A stretch of 55,778 nt of DNA from NCBI GenBank assembly GCA_038241375.1, contig JBBRFT010000001.1, positions 1 to 55,778 of the forward strand. Reading direction: 5' to 3'. The stretch comes from Spirochaetota bacterium. GTDB lineage: Bacteria > Spirochaetota > UBA4802 > UBA5550. The notes under the pieces were generated by a model. That model was not told where the DNA came from. It did not search any database and worked only from the letters and a program-made list of their open reading frames with translations. The position numbers and the translations under genes are program-made. This document shows, piece after piece, positions 8,833 to 15,922 of the stretch; the first letter of the stretch is position 1, and the number at the start of each line of letters is the position of its first letter.

Positions 8833-10076
8833 TTTATATCCGCTCCAAGTTTTATCATATCATCATAAAATTCATTGTACGATTTATTCACACACTCGGC
8901 ATGATCAATCACAACTGCACCTGAACTCCCTAAAGCTGCAATGGCACATGCCATTGCCATGCGGTGATCACCATGGGAATCTGCAAGACCGCCAGTGAGA
9001 GATGAGCCTCTTATAATCATACAATCCTTGTCTATTCTTACCGAACCGCCCATTTTTTCAAACTCAGAGATAATTGCGGCACCTCTGTCGCTCTCTTTAT
9101 GTTTAAGCCGTCCAGCTCCCCAGATAACGCTTTCACCCTTGCAGTAAAAAGCTAGTGCAGCAAGCGGAGGAAAGAGATCGGGGCACTCCGTTGCATCGAA
9201 CTCAAATCCATATAGATTCCCTGATTTTACATGTATGACATTTTTTTCCACTGTTACTTCAGCACCGCATTTTTTCAAGGCGGTAATAACGGCTCTGTCC
9301 GGCTGATATGATTCAGAGTTTAACCCCGTTACACTGACACTCCCTGCAATAGCACCAGCACAAAGCAGAAATGCCGCTCCACTCCAGTCACCTTCAACAG
9401 AAATATTCGCTGGTTTATATTTCTGCCCGCCTGGGATCTTAAACTCATTGTATCCGTGATTTTCAACTCTGACTCCGAATTTCTTCAGCACATCAATAGT
9501 AATATCAATATATTCTCTGCTTTTCAAACTATCAACTTTTATAACACTATCCTTTTCCGCAAGAGGGAGAGCCATAAGAAGTCCCGTAAGAAACTGCGAA
9601 CTAAGACTTCCGTCTACCTCAGCCGATCCGCCTTTCAGCATGGATGACACCTCAATCGGGAGTAAACTATTATTCGACTTAACAGAAACTCCCAGCTTTT
9701 CAAGAGCCGCCTCTATTCCGGAGACTGGACGCGACACGAGCGAACCTTCACCGGTAAAAACCATTTTTCTTCCCGAGAGCGCAGCGATGGGAGTAAACAT
9801 CCGGATACACAAACCTGATTCGCCGCAATTCAGCGTATCGGATACGGGTTTTATTCCGCCGTTAATGATAACTCTGTCAGACTTTTTCTCCACGGTCGCG
9901 CCGAGCCCTGATGCAACTCTCATCGCGGCAAGTGAATCGTCACAGAACGATGGATGAGTTATGACGCTCTCCCCATCCGCAAGGAGCGCCGCAGCTATTG
10001 CTCTCTGCATTACACTCTTAGATGCCGGCGCGGCAATTATACCGCTGATTTCAGAAGGATAAACGTATTTCTTCAT
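8829..10076 (-). CDS. aroA: 3-phosphoshikimate 1-carboxyvinyltransferase (EPSP synthase)
   Basis: 415 aa with PASKSVMQRA, LKHKESDR and GDHRMAMA blocks. Confidence 0.9.
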   Translation of the reverse strand: MKKYVYPSEISGIIAAPASKSVMQRAIAAALLADGESVITHPSFCDDSLAAMRVASGLGATVEKKSDRVIINGGIKPVSDTLNCGESGLCIRMFTPIAALSGRKMVFTGEGSLVSRPVSGIEAALEKLGVSVKSNNSLLPIEVSSMLKGGSAEVDGSLSSQFLTGLLMALPLAEKDSVIKVDSLKSREYIDITIDVLKKFGVRVENHGYNEFKIPGGQKYKPANISVEGDWSGAAFLLCAGAIAGSVSVTGLNSESYQPDRAVITALKKCGAEVTVEKNVIHVKSGNLYGFEFDATECPDLFPPLAALAFYCKGESVIWGAGRLKHKESDRGAAIISEFEKMGGSVRIDKDCMIIRGSSLTGGLADSHGDHRMAMACAIAALGSSGAVVIDHAECVNKSYNEFYDDMIKLGADIK

Positions 10077-11352
10077 TTATAAGTTCCGCCGTTTTTTCTG
10101 GTGATGTTTCTGTTAATACAATCGATTCACATGATTGAGCATAATATTTTTTTCTGGAATTAAAAAGATCCACAGCTTCCATGGGATTTTTCATCGCATT
10201 AATGAGAGGTCTTTTTCCGTCAGTCACCCTCTCAATCATGGAATCCATTCCGCAGTAAAGCCATATACATTCAGTTTCATTTCTCAAAAATTCTCTGTTC
10301 GACTCTTTTAAAACAATACCGCCGCCGCATGAAAGTATTATATTCTTTTTATCTTTAAACGAATGAAGCATATCCGATTCCAGTTCACGGAAATTTTCTT
10401 CACCCATGGCACTAAAAATTTCATTTACAGTTTTAGACATCTTTCTTTCAATCTGTTCATCTATATCTATGAAATCCATTTTACTTAGCTTCGCAAGTTC
10501 TTTACCTACCGCTGTTTTGCCCGACCCCATAAATCCGATTAGCGAAATAACATCTCTCCTGTTACGAGGCAGAGCAATCCCTTCATCCGCAGTCTTCACA
10601 TCGGGAATAAAATCAATAAAATGTCCGCACGCGTGAATCGCCTGATGAATGAGCCACTCCTCTCCCGGGACAAAGCTCAACCCGTATCTCTCTGCTGCGT
10701 CTTTATAATGAGATTTTTTATATGATGCATCCATTAAAACAGACCCGCTCTTCATCGATGAAACATCAAGTGGTTCAGCCTCATAAGGAAGAGTTGATAC
10801 AAAAATATCAGCTTCAGAAATATATTTACCTGAATTGGAAAGAAGATCATATCCACAGCTGAATTTATCAGCAATATTCTTCGCTTCCTGAAGAGTAATA
10901 TTCAGTACCGTAACGCGGCATCCGGCACGTGAAAGTCCAAAAGCTGCAGATACGCCAGCTCCGCCGGCGCCGGCAATCAGCGCATTTTTTCCATTCAAAG
11001 ACCCGAGTCTTTTCTCAAGCGGAGATGTAACTCCGTAATGATCTGTATTGTACCCGATGAGTTTACCAGCCCTATTTACAACTGTATTAACACTTCTCAT
11101 CTTATCAGCATCTTCCGATACTTCGTCAAGATGAGAAATTATGCTGTTCTTAAACGGAGCCGTAACATTCATCCCGGCCAGGTTCAGATCACGGCATATC
11201 CGGACAGCTTCATCAGCCCATTGAACCGCGATTCTCATATAAGAAGCATCAATCCCCCTCTCTCTGAAAATTGACCTGAATATATTCGGGCTCTTGCTGT
11301 GAAAAACAGGAGACCCGGCAACTCCCAGAATTATATGCTTATCATCACTCAT
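10051..11352 (-). CDS. Fused shikimate dehydrogenase (N-terminal) / shikimate kinase (C-terminal)
   Basis: Residues 1 to ~265 carry AroE blocks (GSPVFHSKSP, GMNVTAPFK, VNTV, GYNTD, GAGGAG). From ~270 on there are AroK blocks (P-loop GFMGSGKT, GEENFRELE, CGGG, KRPL). Confidence 0.85.
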   Translation of the reverse strand: MSDDKHIILGVAGSPVFHSKSPNIFRSIFRERGIDASYMRIAVQWADEAVRICRDLNLAGMNVTAPFKNSIISHLDEVSEDADKMRSVNTVVNRAGKLIGYNTDHYGVTSPLEKRLGSLNGKNALIAGAGGAGVSAAFGLSRAGCRVTVLNITLQEAKNIADKFSCGYDLLSNSGKYISEADIFVSTLPYEAEPLDVSSMKSGSVLMDASYKKSHYKDAAERYGLSFVPGEEWLIHQAIHACGHFIDFIPDVKTADEGIALPRNRRDVISLIGFMGSGKTAVGKELAKLSKMDFIDIDEQIERKMSKTVNEIFSAMGEENFRELESDMLHSFKDKKNIILSCGGGIVLKESNREFLRNETECIWLYCGMDSMIERVTDGKRPLINAMKNPMEAVDLFNSRKKYYAQSCESIVLTETSPEKTAELINEEIRLSF

Positions 11353-11994
11353 TTATGAATTCCTGATCATCTCTATAATTGTATTGAGCTGCTGAGAATC
11401 AAATTGACCCGGCGCTGTTTTTTTACTCTCATCGATAGACGCGTATGTAAAGGGAGCACCGAGAAGCGTTGCGGCTATTCGTGTAATCTTCCCCTCCTGC
11501 CCCATCCCGATTGAAATTATCGGATTTCCATAACTGTAAAGAGACAGGAGTCTTGAACATCCCTCTACTGAATCTACATGACAGGCAATCTTCGCTATAT
11601 CAGCGTTGCTTTCAAAACACCATCTCATTATCTGTTCAAGCTCACGGATAACCGGAGTTTTTTCATAATTATGATAAGACACAATTGTTTTACATTTCTT
11701 TAACTTCGCAGCTTCGATAATTTCATTCTTAAAATCATCATTATTCTCAACTTCAATGTCAACGTAAGATGCTCCGGTATTCACTGCAGCTATCAAAAAC
11801 TTTTTTCTCTCATCATCAGATACTGATTCAACAGGTCTGTATGTCGCTATTGTTTTATACTTAGAATTAAATAATTTATATATATCTTCAGCGGAGAATT
11901 TCATTCTGTCGAGTCTTATCTCTGAAAGTTCACTTTTCTCTATAATCTTTATCGCTTCCGATACACCCAAATCTGCTATACTAACACATATCAT
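11353..11994 (-). CDS. aroD: Type I 3-dehydroquinate dehydratase
   Basis: 213 aa with the SYHNYEKTP block and a family-typical beginning, ICVSI...E.R.D. Confidence 0.8.
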   Translation of the reverse strand: MICVSIADLGVSEAIKIIEKSELSEIRLDRMKFSAEDIYKLFNSKYKTIATYRPVESVSDDERKKFLIAAVNTGASYVDIEVENNDDFKNEIIEAAKLKKCKTIVSYHNYEKTPVIRELEQIMRWCFESNADIAKIACHVDSVEGCSRLLSLYSYGNPIISIGMGQEGKITRIAATLLGAPFTYASIDESKKTAPGQFDSQQLNTIIEMIRNS

Positions 11995-12008
11995 ATATTA
12001 ATTTCCTT

Positions 12009-13076
12009 TTAATTATTATTGAAGCTGCTGTATCCGGATATATATTTCATCAGCTCTTCATTTTTTATGCTCTGAATAACACTTTCACCTATACCATTAA
12101 GCAGTATAAAATTTATCGAATCTCCGCCTTTTTTCTTGTCGCTCTCAACGGCTTTCACAATATCCGGAAGATCTTTTTTATCTATCACTTCAGCAAGTGT
12201 ACATGGAAGACCGAAAAACTTCAGCAGATCTTTTACTTCATTTTCAAGTGATAAATCGATAAGGCCATAACTTCTGGAAAGCTCCAGAGCAAAACCAATC
12301 CCTGCACCAACGGCATATCCATGCTTTGTCCCTTTTACTTTCTCAACAGCATGACCAAGAGTATGCCCCAGATTAAGAATCTTTCTGACACTCTCTTCCC
12401 GTTCATCCTCTTCAACTATCTTTGCCTTAAACTTAACAGATCTGTACACTGCTTCGGAAACAATTTCACTATCCCGATTACGAAGCATTTCTCTATTCAT
12501 TGAAATAAATTCAAAAAGTCCATCGGTATCTAAACATGCAGTTTTAACGAGTTCCGCCATCCCGTTTATATATTCATCTTCAGGGAGAGTTTTGAACATG
12601 TCGTGATCACATATTACAAATTCCGGCTGATTGATCACGCCTGCCATATTTTTTAAACCGTCAATATTCACACCGTTCTTTCCGCCAACACTGGCATCAA
12701 CCTGTGAAAGCAGAGATGTGGAAACAAATCCGAAAGGTATACCTCTCATATAAATTGAAGCGGCAAATCCTGCTATATCGCAGACAATCCCTCCACCGAT
12801 ACCAAGAAGAAATGTTTTTCTATGCGCCCGGAGTTCAATGAGATTTTTTACTATTGTTTCAACAGTAGTAAGAGTTTTAATACCTTCACCGGTACCAATA
12901 ATTATTACCGGATAATCAGAATATTTTTCTGAATAATATCGATTAAGATTTTCATCCGTAACGATAATAGTATCCGCAGGAGATGCGTAATCCCTTATAT
13001 TATTAATCGACTCGCCAATCCTCACCGTTGATACATGATCATTGATAGTTATTTTTATCTCTTCCAATTTCTTCAC
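12009..13076 (-). CDS. aroB: 3-dehydroquinate synthase
   Basis: GIGGGIVCDIAGFAA, VGGKNGVN and LNLGHTLGHAVE blocks. GTG start. Confidence 0.9.
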   Translation of the reverse strand: MKKLEEIKITINDHVSTVRIGESINNIRDYASPADTIIVTDENLNRYYSEKYSDYPVIIIGTGEGIKTLTTVETIVKNLIELRAHRKTFLLGIGGGIVCDIAGFAASIYMRGIPFGFVSTSLLSQVDASVGGKNGVNIDGLKNMAGVINQPEFVICDHDMFKTLPEDEYINGMAELVKTACLDTDGLFEFISMNREMLRNRDSEIVSEAVYRSVKFKAKIVEEDEREESVRKILNLGHTLGHAVEKVKGTKHGYAVGAGIGFALELSRSYGLIDLSLENEVKDLLKFFGLPCTLAEVIDKKDLPDIVKAVESDKKKGGDSINFILLNGIGESVIQSIKNEELMKYISGYSSFNNN

Positions 13077-13087
13077 CAGCTTTGATT

Positions 13088-13906
13088 TTAAAAAATCTCG
13101 TCATCCATGAATTTTTTAAGTTTAAGAACTTTTTCAGTTATCGCATAGAACTGCTCCGGAGTCAACTGCTGATCGGCATCACTCTTCGCTTCTTTAGGAT
13201 TTATATGAACTTCAACAAGAAGTCCGTCAGCACCGGCAGCAACAGCAGCAAGACACATTGGCTCGATAAGACTCAGTTTACCTGTTCCATGTGAAGGATC
13301 TACCATTACGGGAAGGTGGGTCAGCTCTTTAAGCGCCGGGATTATACTCAGGTCAAGTGTATTCCTTGTGTATGTCTCAAAGGTTCTAATCCCTCTTTCG
13401 CAGAGAATAACTTCAGGATTCCCTTCAGCCATAATGTATTCTGCGCAATTCAGCCATTCCCGGACAGTTGAGTACATCCCTCTCTTCAGGATTACAGGTT
13501 TTTTAGATTTTCCTACTTCTTTAAGAAGAGAGTAGTTCTGCATATTTCTTGTACCGATCTGTAAAACATCGGCGTACTCGCAAACCCAGGATACATCTCT
13601 TGGATCGATTACCTCAGTTACGATAGGAAGACCTGTCTTCTGCTTTGCCTTTTCAAGAATTTTAAGACCCTTTAGACCGAGTCCCTGAAAATCATATGGA
13701 GAGGTTCTCGGTTTGAAAGCACCGCCTCTAAGCATATTTCCATGCCCTTTTTTAACAGCCTCAGCTGTTTTCAAAGTCTGCTCTTCACTTTCGACAGAGC
13801 ATGGGCCCCCGATAATTACGAAATCCTTCCCGATGATTGAATTGCCTACTTTGAATGTGCTCCTCTGTTTATCATCATTAATCTGTACCAGCTTAAGATT
13901 TTTCAT
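13088..13906 (-). CDS. aroF: DAHP synthase, type I-beta (KDO8PS-like), core barrel only
   Basis: 272 aa with [26 protein letters not shown] and VDPSH blocks. There is no N- or C-terminal regulatory extension. GGAG RBS. Confidence 0.85.
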   Translation of the reverse strand: MKNLKLVQINDDKQRSTFKVGNSIIGKDFVIIGGPCSVESEEQTLKTAEAVKKGHGNMLRGGAFKPRTSPYDFQGLGLKGLKILEKAKQKTGLPIVTEVIDPRDVSWVCEYADVLQIGTRNMQNYSLLKEVGKSKKPVILKRGMYSTVREWLNCAEYIMAEGNPEVILCERGIRTFETYTRNTLDLSIIPALKELTHLPVMVDPSHGTGKLSLIEPMCLAAVAAGADGLLVEVHINPKEAKSDADQQLTPEQFYAITEKVLKLKKFMDDEIF

Positions 13907-13985
13907 CTATTTCTCCATTTTTATCTATTTTCATCTATTTTCTACATTTTCATCTACATTCTAATTATAATTGAAGGACTAACCT

Positions 13986-14025
13986 ATAAAAAAAGCCCTT
14001 TGAGTTTTTATCAAAGGGCTTTTTT
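13986..14025 (-). terminator. Intrinsic terminator of the aro attenuator
   Basis: 12-bp perfect stem (13992-14003 pairs with 14011-14022), a 7-nt loop, and U7 on the minus-strand RNA. It lies between the leader ORF stop (14052) and the aroF ATG (13906). Confidence 0.75.
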
Positions 14026-14034
14026 AAGTATATT

Positions 14035-14049
14035 CTTATGATAAAACTC
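14035..14049 (-). promoter_or_regulatory. Candidate antiterminator strand
   Basis: RNA GAGUUUUAUCAUAAG is complementary, with two single-nt bulges, to CUUUGAUAAAAACUC (14016 to 14002). That target is the distal half of the terminator 5' arm, the loop, and 2 nt of the 3' arm. The segment starts 2 nt after the leader stop codon. Confidence 0.55.
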
Positions 14050-14051
14050 GT

Positions 14052-14165
14052 TCAGTTCAATATGTCGCTTACGTAAAAATAGAAATAGAAAAAACCAAAG
14101 CCAAAAGACTTCAGTTCGTTTACTGCATAAATTCCGTTAAGAGACTGTTTTACCAGAGATTTCAT
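14052..14165 (-). CDS. Phe/Tyr-rich leader peptide (37 aa): MKSLVKQSLNGIYAVNELKSFGFGFFYFYFYVSDILN
   Basis: Hand translation of the minus strand, ATG at 14165 and TGA at 14054-14052. Residues 21-31 hold 6 Phe and 3 Tyr and no Trp. The ORF is below the 60-aa cutoff of the supplied track. The AGGA lies about 16 nt upstream, which is a weak RBS spacing. Confidence 0.6.
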   Translation of the reverse strand: MKSLVKQSLNGIYAVNELKSFGFGFFYFYFYVSDILN

Positions 14166-14210
14166 AAAGGTTTTTAAAGTTTCCTTCTCAATTATATTTA
14201 AAACAATAAC

Positions 14211-14241
14211 TGTATAGTTTCTACACACAGAAACCTGTCAA
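14211..14241 (-). promoter_or_regulatory. Possible promoter of the aro leader, with a palindrome in the spacer
   Basis: Minus strand TTGACA (14241-14236), a 19-nt spacer containing GTTTCTgtgtgtAGAAAC (14234-14217), then TATACA (14216-14211). The spacer is longer than optimal. Confidence 0.3.
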
Positions 14242-14353
14242 ATATTTTTTAATAAAAAAACAAAAAATAAGAAAATTTTATCAGTTTACTGACTTATCGG
14301 TCGGTTTTAAACCCCTCCAGAGGTGCGGAATCTTCACCACATCTCTTTTGCGC

Positions 14354-14387
14354 AGCCCCCTAAATCCCCCGGGTGATTTAGGGGGCT
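14354..14387. repeat. 13-bp perfect hairpin built from the GGGGGATTTAGGGGG repeat
   Basis: AGCCCCCTAAATC ccccgggt GATTTAGGGGGCT, located 33 nt downstream of the stop of the 14420 gene. There is no U-tract. Confidence 0.6.
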
Positions 14388-14419
14388 GTTGAAAAGTGGG
14401 TAATGTACCCGGGGTGAGT

Positions 14420-15034
14420 TTAATACTTTATCTTTGAATACTTTTTAAGATATATAAATCTCAGAAGAGCAGATTCGATAATGTTTATCGGTTTTGCTCC
14501 ACCGAGATATCTGCCCTGAACATGAATCCGGCATGCCTTTTCGGTAATCATTGCAGTTGCAATCGCGTCATCCAGAGATATATCCGCGCACATCGATCCG
14601 TAATCTTTAATGAGTAAAGCACTCCGTCTTTTAATGAGAGATTTAATCTTACCGGTATTATCAAGCTCTGTACATTTTATATCAATACCTGCAATCTGAG
14701 CAATATCATCGACATACGGGCGTACCGTTTCACCTGTTCGTGATACAGAAAGAGAATATTGAGTTTTGCTGTTAATTATTGAGCCGAGTCTTTTATATTT
14801 TGCGTACAGTAGAACATTTATTTTTGAAATTTTATCACTATCTGAAAAATTATCTTTTATATGAAAGTTTTTCAAGTCGCTCTCCCTCAGCGAAGAGAGA
14901 TCAGCACCCTCTCTTGTGATCCATATATAATCACCATGGCGCATACTCACTCGATCATCTGAAGTAAGAACTCCGGAGATAACAGCAGGGGTACAGTGAT
15001 CTGCCAGTATTGATAATACATTTTTAATATCCAT
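14420..15034 (-). CDS. Class II aldolase/adducin-fold paralogue with all metal ligands substituted
   Basis: It aligns by eye with the upstream paralogue. HMEIY becomes NVLLY, IIHTHQ becomes IINSKT and ANHGA becomes KDYGS. I prefer the ATG at 15034 (GGGGA RBS) to the track start at 15100. Confidence 0.65.
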   Translation of the reverse strand: MDIKNVLSILADHCTPAVISGVLTSDDRVSMRHGDYIWITREGADLSSLRESDLKNFHIKDNFSDSDKISKINVLLYAKYKRLGSIINSKTQYSLSVSRTGETVRPYVDDIAQIAGIDIKCTELDNTGKIKSLIKRRSALLIKDYGSMCADISLDDAIATAMITEKACRIHVQGRYLGGAKPINIIESALLRFIYLKKYSKIKY

Positions 15035-15044
15035 ATATAATCCC

Positions 15045-15698
15045 CTATCTCTTTCCTTTCTGCATCTCGTAATGCCCGCATATTGTTTTATCATCTGCAT
15101 TTTTAAGTCCGGTCATATCCATAAAGCATTTACTTATAAATTCCTCACAGACCTTTTCCAGAACTCTTGATACTGCAAATGCTTCATCAATATCCTTACC
15201 TATGCAGACAGCTCCATGATTGGCCATGATCGCACACCTTGAACCTCCGACAGCTTTGACAGTTTCAGATGTAAGCTTATCTGTTCCGGGAAGACCATAT
15301 GCTCCGCAACGGACAATTTCTGTTGAAAGAATATCACGGTCAGCTGTCGATATAATGGGCACGTCTTTACGCGCTGCCGAGCAGACCGAAGCGTTTAACT
15401 GATGTGTATGTATAATCGCACCTGATCCCGGCTGCTTTTTATAAATCTCCATATGCAGTTTACGTTCCCCGGAAGGTTTTACGTCACCTTCAAAACTTCC
15501 GTCATTGAGATTTATAATAACTATATGCTCAGGCCTCACATCTTCATACTTTACACCGCTTGGCGTGATTGCCATTGTCTGTTCATCTATACGTATGCTA
15601 ATGTTTCCCCAGGTCCGAGCAACGAGCCCCTCTTTCACAAGACGGAGTCCCGCCGCACAGATATTACGCTGAGCAGCAGAGATCAGATTTTTATTCAT
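15045..15698 (-). CDS. Class II aldolase/epimerase family enzyme (FucA/AraD/MtnB-like)
   Basis: TWGNIS, a Glu in HMEIY, IIHTHQ and MANHGAVCIG, which together form the full Zn-ligand set of the family. Confidence 0.8.
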   Translation of the reverse strand: MNKNLISAAQRNICAAGLRLVKEGLVARTWGNISIRIDEQTMAITPSGVKYEDVRPEHIVIINLNDGSFEGDVKPSGERKLHMEIYKKQPGSGAIIHTHQLNASVCSAARKDVPIISTADRDILSTEIVRCGAYGLPGTDKLTSETVKAVGGSRCAIMANHGAVCIGKDIDEAFAVSRVLEKVCEEFISKCFMDMTGLKNADDKTICGHYEMQKGKR

Positions 15699-15922
15699 TT
15701 TACGGTAACCCCTTCTATATTCAGGAACACACGTTCGAAGCGTTTTAGAGATTAGTCAATATCTTTTTCGGTATAGGTTGCGCTGGTGTACCTCAATTCA
15801 ATCGTAAACAGCTATAATCATCTAGGGCCGGATAAAAGGACATCTTATTAATACTTGAATATTAGTTTACATTTTAGGATTAGATAGTTACTATGTTCAC
15901 ATTCTAATTTGTCAGGTCATAT

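Noticed and set aside
13713-13964. 83-aa plus-strand ORF ending in an F/Y/I-rich tail near the aroF start
   Set aside because: It is antisense to the aroF 5' end and UTR. Its aromatic-rich tail merely reflects the A-rich repeats on the other strand. The real F/Y leader ORF is on the minus strand at 14052-14165.
13907-13975. Short periodic repeats considered as a CRISPR array or as TRAP-type (G/U)AG binding repeats
   Set aside because: The units are about 10 nt, irregular and AT-rich, with no spacers, so this is not a CRISPR. The UAG/GAG triplets are separated by 3 to 9 nt rather than the regular 2-3 nt needed for TRAP-like binding, and the operon is not a trp operon.
14002-14105. Pairing of the Phe-codon run (UUUGGCUUUGGUUUUUU) with the A-run/5' arm of the terminator as the antiterminator
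   Set aside because: Only 6-8 bp are possible, some of them G-U. A stalled ribosome would cover this segment, which gives the wrong regulatory logic. The 14035-14049 segment is a better antiterminator candidate.
15035-15100. N-terminal extensions of track ORFs (15100 for the degenerate aldolase, 43047 for the island membrane protein, 51186 for the methyltransferase, 2591, 17442, 29420)
   Set aside because: In each case an internal ATG is preceded by a good Shine-Dalgarno sequence, and the extension overlaps the upstream gene or is Arg/Lys-rich junk. The shorter starts are preferred, though unverified.
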